A stretch of 64,000 nt of DNA from positions 33,418,001 to 33,482,000 of the forward strand of contig OZ024758.1 of assembly GCA_964016885.1 (NCBI GenBank), given 5' to 3'. The position numbers and the translations under genes were made by a program. The notes beneath the pieces were generated by a model. That model did no database searches and had not been told where the DNA came from. It saw nothing but the letters and a program-made list of their open reading frames with translations. Origin of the DNA: Eledone cirrhosa (taxonomy: Eukaryota). Every line of letters begins with the position of its first letter. The first letter of the stretch is position 1. Positions 53,077 through 64,000 of this stretch are shown in pieces.

Positions 53077-54133
53077 ACATGCCTTTATGAAAGATTACTG
53101 AATGAGGAGAATGCATGGGAGGAAGATAGTCTATGGAAAGTGGGCCCAACAGAGGGTCCAGCCATACAAGTAAGCAGTAGCATAGTAAAGTAATTAAGGA
53201 TATGAAGACAGAGAAAGTATCTTGTCCATTGGTGATAGTTGCTGAGATACTGAAAGTATCTGGGGTGGTGGGTCACATGTTAACCACGGGTATCGTAAGG
53301 CAAGTAATACAAAATGGTGTCATACCAAATAAATGGTGTAGTATCATCATCATCAACTGCTACAAGGGCAAAGGAGATGTACTAGTGCTAGAAAACTATA
53401 GAGACATTAGATGGACCACTTCATGAAGATGTTAGAGTTATAACACAGCTGATTAGGGACCAAGTTAACCTAGATGAGATGAAGTTTGGATTTGTGCCAG
53501 GTAAAAGTACCACTGATGTCCTCTTCCTTGTGTGGCAACTGCAAGAGCAGTACCTAGCTAAAATAAGCCCTTCTACTTGGCATTTGTTGACCCAGAGAGA
53601 GCTTTTGTGAGACTTCCCCGTTCCATAATCTGGTGTGTAACTTAGAAAACTAGGGGTATATGAGTGGCTTGTGAGAGCAGTAAAAGCCATGTATGGAGGA
53701 GCAGTCAGTAAGGTTAAAAGTAATGATGGTTATAGTGAGGAGTTGAGTGAGCAAGTCTATCAGGGCTCTGTTATTAACCCTCTTCTGTTTATTATCATCC
53801 TGCAGGCTATTACATAAGAGTTTAAGACTGGCTGTCCATGGGAACTCCTGTATGCACATGATTGAACCCTTGTCACTTAATCTATGGTAAAATTAGAGGT
53901 GAAATTCCAAACCCGGAAGCATGGCCTAGAATGAAAATGTCTTAAAGTTAACTTGGCAAAATAGAAAGGAAAGCAGGGCCTAGATCCCCTCAAGATCTGC
54001 CCTTGCTCAGTCTAAAAGAAAGGAGTAGGTAGAAATTCCAAACTATGGATAAACAAGAGATGTAGTGGGACCTCAGTGAGGTTAGCAAAAGAATGTAAGT
54101 AGCAAGAGCTCACAAAATAATAAGCTACTTTAA

Positions 54134-54354
54134 CCCTTTAGCATTTACATTACTCTATATATACTATTGTATTTTTGTGGTAAAGGCTTTATCTTACATA
54201 ATTATCTCACATAATATCGAATCTATGAGATTTTGATATTATTTATATTGAGAACAATACCTTAATGTCGTTATGAGTGGCCAGTTATGGCCGGTTTGAA
54301 CAGAAAGATGTGAGAGTATTCTGGCTAGGTATGGCTGCTTTAAATGCTAAAGGG
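54134..54354. mobile_element. piggyBac-type MITE
   Basis: TTAA|CCCTTTAGCATTTA ... TAAATGCTAAAGGG|TTAA. Confidence 0.9.
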
Positions 54355-55407
54355 TTAAATGTCCAGAAGGCTCTGTAGAAACCAGTTCATAATTTCTGTT
54401 AACTTAATTAACCAAATTAACAGTGGAGGTGGGTGGGATGGAAAAAGTTTAGGGAGCTGCTACTACTGCTGCCTACAAAATGATTTCCCCTGAAAGTGAA
54501 AGGCAGATTGTATGAAGTCTGTGTACGAACAGCAATGTTACATTGAAGTGAGACCAGGGCAATATATTCAGAGGACCTATAAAGACTAGAAAGAAATGAA
54601 GTTTACATGATCTGATAGAGGTGTAATAGTGTGCATGAACAACAAGCATTAATAAACTGAGAGAGAAACTAGGCATAAGAGAGGTCAGATGCAGTGTAGA
54701 GGGGAGGAGATTGTGGTGGTTTGGACATGTGATGTATATGGAAGATGACAGCTATATAAAAAGGTACAGGGTTGTCAAAGTCAATGTTAACTATGAAAGG
54801 GGAAGACCTAGGAAAGCTTGGGATGAAATAATAAAAGCTCATCTTGCCCAATTAAACCTCTCTATGGAAATGTCACAGGATCGAGACCTCTGGCGTCATG
54901 CTGTTCTGTAGAAGACCCCCCCCCTTCCCATGTGCTGAAAATGAAATAAAACAAACATGTAGTTTGCACCAATCTTCTCTCCCCCCTCCCCATTCATAGA
55001 CCCTGCCCTCATCTGCTAAATATCCCACACACCTGGTTGATGCTACAACAATAAAAACACCCAGTTCATCCTGTAAGGTGGTCATACAAAAGTGTGCAGT
55101 CCACATTGTAACGTGTTTCGTGTAAAGAAGAGCATCCAGCCTTAGAAACCAAACCAAAATACACATCCATATGAGACCTGGTCTCCACACCTGACATGTC
55201 TCATAACGTGACAACCTGTTTAACCCATGCAGGTGTGATAAAAATTAACCTTAAATGATAATGATAATAATGATGATGATGGTATATATAAAATAAACGT
55301 AACGTAGTAAAGTACCAAGGGAGACAACTCCATCTTTGCTCAATTTATATCCAATGTTAGTATGATTGAGCAGACCTATAATTAAAGTTGTTCCAGCCGT
55401 GACTATC

Positions 55408-55454
<47 letters not shown>

Positions 55455-55475
55455 TAAAAGTGTATAAAAAAGTGC

Positions 55476-56011
55476 AGGGCAATAAAGATAGACGGTAGCC
55501 ACGGAGTAGGCAGACCCAGAAAAACCTGGGACGACCTGATAAATTCCGACCTCACACATTTACACCTCTCCAAGACAATGTCACTGGACCGAGATCTTTG
55601 GCGGTACTCAGTAATAGAGAAGACCCGCCTTGCCTAAATACAAAGTAAACCTACTACAGTCAGTAGGCATCTCTAACAAAATACGCCCCCGTCACACCAC
55701 CCCATCCACACCGCCCCTTTCAATGTAAAGTTACGTTGGTGCCACAACATCCAGGCCGAAACAAATGAGATCGTGTAGGTGTCACGACAAAAAAACACAC
55801 AGTCCACGTTGTAATGTGGCCGTGTAGGCAACACGGTAAAAACCTCCCAGTCCCACACTGTAAATGTGGTTGGTGTTAGGAAGGGCATCCAGCTGTAGAA
55901 AATCCGCCAGACAGTCCTATGCGAGCAAGACAACCACTTTTGAGTCAAGTGGGAAAACTCCCGTCAAAACCCATGCAAGCGTGGAACACGGACGTTAAAC
56001 GATGATGATGA
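55476..56011 (+). mobile_element. Young 5'-truncated copy of the RTE family at 3198-6923
   Basis: High identity to the reverse complement of 3198-3760; gatgatgatgat tail. Confidence 0.9.
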
Positions 56012-56474
56012 TACGTGTGTGTGTGTGTGTGAGTAAACTGCAGAATATGGTCTTTGTTGTTGTAAGACAGTAGAGAGTGATATTTGGCTGCTATTTCTAC
56101 CAGTTCAAGTAACCAAGCAGGAGACACCCTCGTTGATACATAATAAATATTTCACTGAGTGATGCTGCTTGTTTTACCATGGGTTGGATGCAATTGATGG
56201 AGTGAATTGATAACTGAAAGTCTTTCTGAAGGTATTAAATTATGTCAGGGACTTTTAACGTATGACACCGTTGTTGTGTAAGAGATGGGAAACATTACCA
56301 ACGACACTACGTACCTGCTATCTTAATTATAACTTTAATTAATCTAATTATATCTTGTGTATCAATTATCTCATGTTAAGGTGAAAGTTAATATTTTGTA
56401 GATAACATAGAGTGAGCTACATGTTCCAGGGTAGGCGTTCCATCTCCTACATGATTAAATATTTCATTTCATGA

Positions 56475-57889
<1,415 letters not shown>

Positions 57890-58442
57890 TGTGTAATTAA
57901 GGGACCCTCTATCACCTGAGGTATTTTATTTTCATTTGAAATTAAAATCTTTCTCTGATCTATTCTTGACTTTTTGAATTAATTTTAAATCTATGCCAGA
58001 AATTTCAGCCTTGGTTTGTCAACACTAACATTTCCTGCTATAGTGTGTGTAATTAAGGGACCTCTATCACCTAAGGTATTGCCTTCTAGGGCTATGTTGA
58101 ATTTTAGAGGCCTACACCAACATTTCCTGTTGTAGTGTGTAATTGGAGGGCCCTCTGTCACCTGAGGTAATGCTGTGAGTGTCTAGTCTCAGAAATTTTA
58201 GAGGGTAACACCAACATTCTCTGTTATAGTAATTGAAGGAGTAGTTTTACCTGTTTTTCTTTTTCTTTCTGACTCCCTTTTTTTTTTTATTGATTTCATT
58301 GTTTTGTAAACAATTTATTAATTTTTCATAATTAATTTTATAAATTCTATTTATGTCCTAAATTTCATTCTATTTGATGTTAATAAAAGAATTATATTTA
58401 AGGAATTTATCAAGTCTGTAATTTCAACATTTTGTTATTTTG

Positions 58443-58712
58443 CCATCTAAATCTCTGTTATTAACACCATATGTAATGATATCACCTTGTAAGTAGTTTT
58501 AATACATCTAACACCCATCTAAATCTCTGTTATTAACACCATAAGTAATGATATCATCTTGTAAATAGTTTTAATACATCTAACACCCATCTAAATCTGT
58601 TATTAACACCATATGTAATGACATCATGTTGTAAGTAGTTTTAATACATCTAACACCCATCTAAATCTCTGTTATTAACACCATATGTAATGATATCATC
58701 TTGTAAGTAGTG
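58443..58712. repeat. About 72-bp tandem repeat (about 3.7 copies)
   Basis: ccatctaaatctctgttattaacaccatatgtaatgatatc... units. Confidence 0.9.
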
Positions 58713-58726
58713 TTATTTATTTGGTT

Positions 58727-58764
58727 CCTTTACCGGTTTCGCAGTTCTTCTGCTTTTCAAAAGT
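58727..58764 (-). ncRNA. Degenerate minimal hammerhead, family F
   Basis: Minus strand: ctt TTGAAAA gcag-aagaa-ctgc GAA accggt a^aag; palindromic stem III, core mutated from CTGAAGA. Confidence 0.55.
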
Positions 58765-59034
58765 AGAGTTGAGATGGAGGGTTGTGGTTTTTCTCACATC
58801 GTTTAGTCATATATATATTTAAAGGTTAAACAAGGTTCAATAAATAAATCATTGAATAAAGTTTTACAATAGATTAGAAGCACTCCACAGTATGGGTTTT
58901 CCGGAGTTATTAATATTAATTCAAAATATTAACATATATATATATATGACTAAACGACTCAATGTCTTCCTCCAGTGTTTTAAACTTGAGAATATGGGCG
59001 ATGTTTATTTAGAGTTAGGGGCTTATATACAGAC

Positions 59035-59208
<174 letters not shown>

Positions 59209-59269
59209 GTATATATATATATATGTATATATATATGTATATATATATATATGTATTTATATATATGTA

Positions 59270-59310
<41 letters not shown>

Positions 59311-59324
59311 GTGTGTGTGTGTGA

Positions 59325-60110
59325 CTAAACCGCAGAACATCGTCTTTGTTGCCGTAAGACAGTAGAGAATGATATTTGGCTGCTATTTCTACCACGTCAA
59401 GCTACTAGGTAAGAGTCTCTCTGCGGGTAGTCAGCTCTGTTTATGTGCTGGTAGGTAGGGAAGTAGCCCTAGGGCCAAGGACACCGGAAGTCCCTACTGC
59501 CAAGGACACGACCGCAAACCTGTTGCGTCGCAAAATGTGTAATTATTTTACTTTAAGACTTTAGAGTGTGTGTTGGCTGCTATTTCTACCAGGTCAAGTA
59601 ACCAGGTAGAAGACTCTCTCGTTGATACGTAATAAATATTTCACTGAGTGGTGCTGCTTGTTTGACCAGGGGTTGGAGTGAATTGATATAACTGAAGGTC
59701 TTTCTGAAGGTATTAAATTGGATCAGGGACTTTTAACGTATAACACCGGTTTTATTTAAGAGCGGGGAAACATTGTCAACGACACCACGTACCTGCTATC
59801 TTAATTATAACTTTAATTAATCTAATTATATCTTGTGTATCAATTATCTCATGTTAAGGTGAAAGGTAATATTCTGTAGATAACATAGAGTGAGCTACAT
59901 GTTCCAGGGTAGGTGTTACATCTCCTACATGATTAAATATTTCATTTCATGAGAAACTACGCTACATCCTGAATTGGTTGTTCCACATTTTACAGGACAG
60001 TGAGAAATAGGTTTAAATCACCAACATCTGAACAATTAGCTTTCCTGGTCTTTCTTGACTTTGGACTTGAAATATAAAGTACGTATTATTTGTATTGTTA
60101 CCACAGCAGA
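59325..60110 (+). other. Duplicated ZNF upstream cassette (paralogous to 56030-56490, 36420-36600 minus, 41530-41670 minus)
   Basis: Shared blocks acctgctatcttaattataac...catgagaaactacgctacatc and the exon-like segment 59996-60078. Confidence 0.75.
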
Positions 60111-63100
60111 TATTGTAGATAATGTAGTCCTAGATACACTATGTCTGATAGCCACTATACTGTACATGAGATAATGTAGTCCTAGGTACACTATATCTGA
60201 TAGCCACTATACTGTACATTAGATAATGTAGTCCTAGGTACACTATGTCTGATAGATACTATACTGTACATTAGATAATCTAGTCCTCGGCACACTATGT
60301 CTGATAGCCTCTATAATGTACATTAGATAATATAGTCCTAGATACTATGTCTGATAGCCACTATACTGTACATTAGATAATGTAGTCCTAGATACACTAT
60401 ATCTGATAGCCACTATACTGTACATTAGATAATGTAGTCCTAGGTACACTATGTCTGACAGCCACTATACTGTACATTAGATAATGTAGTCCTAGGTACA
60501 CTATGGTGATAGCCACTATACTGTACATTAGATAATGTAGTTCTAGGTACATTATGTCTGGTAGCCACTATACTGTACATTAGATAATGTAGTCCTAGGT
60601 ACACTATGGTGATAGCCACTATACTCTACATTATATAATGTAGTCCTAGGTACACTATGTCTGATAGCCACTATACTGTACATTAAGTAATGTAGTCCTA
60701 GATACACTATGTCTCATAGCCACTATACTGTACATTGGATAATGTAGTCCTAGGTACACTATGTCTGATAGCCACTATACTGTACATTAGATAATGTAGT
60801 CCTAGGTACACTATGTCTGATAGCCACTATACTGTACATTAGATAATGTAGTACTAGGTACACTATGTCTGATAGCCGCTGTACTGTACATTATATAATC
60901 TAGTCCTAGGTACACTATGTCTGATAGCTACTATACTGTACATTAGATAATGTAGTCCTAGGTACACTACGTCTGATAGCCACTATACTGTACATTAGAT
61001 AATGTCGTCCTAGGTACACTATGTCTGATAGCCACTATACTGTACATTAGTTAATGTAGCGTAGGTACACTATATCTGAGAGCCACTAAACTACATTAGA
61101 TAATGTAGTCCTAGGTACATTATGTCTGATAGCCACTATACTGTACATTAGATAATGTAGTCCTAGATACACTATGTCTGATAGGCACTATACTGTACAT
61201 TATATAATGTAGTCCTAGATACACTATGTCAGATAGCTACTATACTGTACATTAGATAATGTAGTTCTATGTACAATATGTCTGATAGCCACTATACTGT
61301 ACATTAAAGAATGTAGTCCTAGGTACACTATGTCTGATAGCCACTATACTGTACATTAGATAATGTAGCCCGAGATACACTATGTCTGATAGCCACTATA
61401 CTGTACGTTAGATAATGTAGTCCTAGGTACACTATGTCTGATAGCCTCTATACTGTACATTAGATAATGTAGTGCTAGGTACACTATGTCTGATAGCCAC
61501 TATACTGAACATTAGATAATGTAGTCCTAGGTACACTATGTCTGATAGCCACTATACTGTACATTATATAATGTAGTCCTAGGTACACTATGTCTGATAG
61601 CGACTATACTGTACATTATATAATGTAGTCCTAGGTACACTATGTCTGATAGCCACTATACTGTACATTATATAATGTCGTCCTTGGTACACTATGTCTG
61701 ATAGCCACTATACTGTACATTAAATAATGTAGCCTAGGTACACTATGTCTGATAGCCACTATACTGTACATTATATAATGTAGTCCTAGATACACTATAT
61801 CTGAGAGCCACTAAACTGTACATTAGATAATGTAGTCCTAGGTACATATGTCTTATAGCCACTATACTGTACATTAAATAATTGTTTCTACTTTTTGGCA
61901 CAAGGCCAGCACTTACCCAGTACATTACTGGTACTTTATTTTATCGACCCCGTAAGGATGAAAGGCAAAGTCAACCTCGGCGGGATTTGAACTCAGATCG
62001 TAAAGGGACGTAACTATGCTGTACATTAAATAATGTAGCCTAGGTACACTATGTCTGATAGCCACTATACTGTACATTAGATAATGTAGTCCTAGGTACA
62101 CTACGTCTGATAGCCACTATACTGTACATTAGATAATGTCGTCCTTGGTACACTATGTCTGATAGCCACTATACTGTACATTAAATAATGTAGCCTAGGT
62201 ACACTATGTCTGGTAGCCACTATACTGTACATTAGACAATGTAGTCCTAGGTACACTATGGTGATAGCCACTATACTGTACATTAGATAATGTAGTCCTA
62301 GGTACATTATGGTGATAGCCACTATACTGTACATTAGATAATGTAGTTCTAGGTACACTATGTCTGACAGCCACTATACTGTACATTAGATAATGTAGTC
62401 CTAGGTACACTATGTCTGACAGCCACTATACTGTACATTAGATAATGTAGTCCTAGGTACACCATGGTGATAGCCACTATACTGTACATTAGATAATGTA
62501 GTCCTAGGTACACTACGTCTGATAGCCACTATACTGTACATTAGATAATGTAGTGCTAGGTACACTATGTCTGATAGCCACTATACTGTACATTATATAA
62601 TGTAGTCCTAGATACACTATGTCTGAGAGCCACTATACTGTACATTATATAATGTAGTCCTAGGTACACTATGTCTGACAGCCAGTATACTGTACATTAT
62701 ATAATGTAGTCCTAGATACACTATGTCTGAGAGCCACTATACTGTACATTATATAATGTAGTCCTAGGTACACTATGTGTGATAGCCACTATACTGTACA
62801 TTAGATAATGTAGTCCTAGGTACACTACGTCTGATAGCCACTATACTGTACATTAGATAATGTCGTCCTTGGTACACTATGTCTGATAGCCACTATACTG
62901 TACATTAAGTAATGTAGCCTAGGTACACTATGTCTGATAGCCACTATACTGTAGATTGTATAATGTAGTCCTAGATACACTATATCTGAGAGCCACTAAA
63001 CTGTACATTAGATAATGTAGTCCTAGGTACATTATGTCTGATAGCCACTATACTGTACATTAGATAATGTAGTCCTAGATACACTATGTCTGATAGGCAC

Positions 63101-64000
63101 TATACTGTACATTATATAATGTAGTCCTAGATGCACTATGTCAGATAGCTACTATACTGTACATTAGATAATGTAGTTCTAGGTACAATATGTCTCATAG
63201 CCACTATACTGTACGTTAGACAATGTAGTCCTAGGTACACTATGACTGATAGCCACTATACTGTACATTAGATAATGTAGTCCTAGGTACACTATGGTGA
63301 TAGCTACTATACTGTACATTACATAATGTAGTCCTAGGTACATTATGTCTGGTAGCCACCATACTGTACATTAGATAATGTAGCCCGAGATACACTATGT
63401 CTGATAGCCTCTATACTGTACATTAGATAATGTAGTCCTAGATACACTATGTTTGACAGCCACTATACTGTACATTATATAATGTAGTCCTAGATACACT
63501 ATATCTGAGAGCCACTAAACTGTACATTAGATAATGTAGTTCTAGGTACAATATGTCTGATAGCCACTATACTGTACATTAGACAATGTAGTCCTAGGTA
63601 CACTATGACTGATAGCCACTATACTGTACATTAGATAATGTAGTCCTAGGTACACTATGGTGATAGCCACTATACTGTACATTAGATAATGTAGTCCTAG
63701 GTACATTATGTCTGGTAGCCACTATACTGTACATTAGATAATGTAGCCCGAGATACACTATGTCTGATAGCCTCTATACTGTACATTAGATAATGTAGTC
63801 CTAGATACACTATGTCTGATAGCCACTATACTGTACATTAGATAATGTAGTCCTAGGTACACTATGTCTGACAGCCACTATACTGTACATTAGATAATGT
63901 AGTCCTAGGTACACTATGTCTGATAGCCACTATACTGTACATTATATAATGTAGTCCTAGATACACTATGTCTGAGAGCCACTATACTGTACATTATATA
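60110..64000. repeat. 52-bp satellite (about 70 copies, continues beyond the window)
   Basis: ctatactgtacattagataatgtagtcctaggtacactatgtctgatagcca. Confidence 0.97.
61883..62018 (-). mobile_element. 5'-truncated SINE inserted in the satellite with a 16-bp TSD
   Basis: ctgtacattaaataat at 61867-61882 and 62019-62034. Confidence 0.9.

Larger units (their letters stand above)
52260..55270 (+). mobile_element. Old, heavily decayed RTE LINE interrupted by two MITEs
   Basis: Remnants IINCYKGKGD, FGFVPGKSTTD, FKTGCPWELLYA, WFGHVM..GRPRKAWDE. Confidence 0.85.

Noticed and set aside
60110-64000. Satellite monomer as hammerhead or CRISPR array (contains ctgata)
   Set aside because: No CUGANGA or GAAA, and no unique spacers; plain tandem repeat

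Overview
Eukaryotic, repeat-saturated animal DNA, most likely a coleoid cephalopod (Octopus-like). This is inferred from the clustered C2H2 zinc-finger genes, the tRNA-derived SINEs and the RTE LINEs with (GAT)n tails. The only host-type genes are C2H2-ZNF loci: one open 7-finger ORF and two disabled arrays. The rest is mobile DNA nested in very long (TA)n arrays. It comprises one complete TSD-flanked RTE LINE with an intact 1076-aa APE-RT ORF, other RTE copies, two near-identical CR1-type LINE copies, several Penelope-like elements (PLEs), a Helentron-type Rep relic between large palindromes, non-autonomous Helitrons, a Merlin element, piggyBac and mariner MITEs, SINEs and a 52-bp satellite. 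The main hidden signal, invisible in the ORF track, is about 13 type I hammerhead ribozyme (HHR) motifs from about 6 distinct families, read by eye on both strands. They include compensatory base changes, palindromic stem III dimer-type cores and two families with unusually long (about 75-115 nt) stem II insertions. All RNA folds are manual predictions; no activity is shown.
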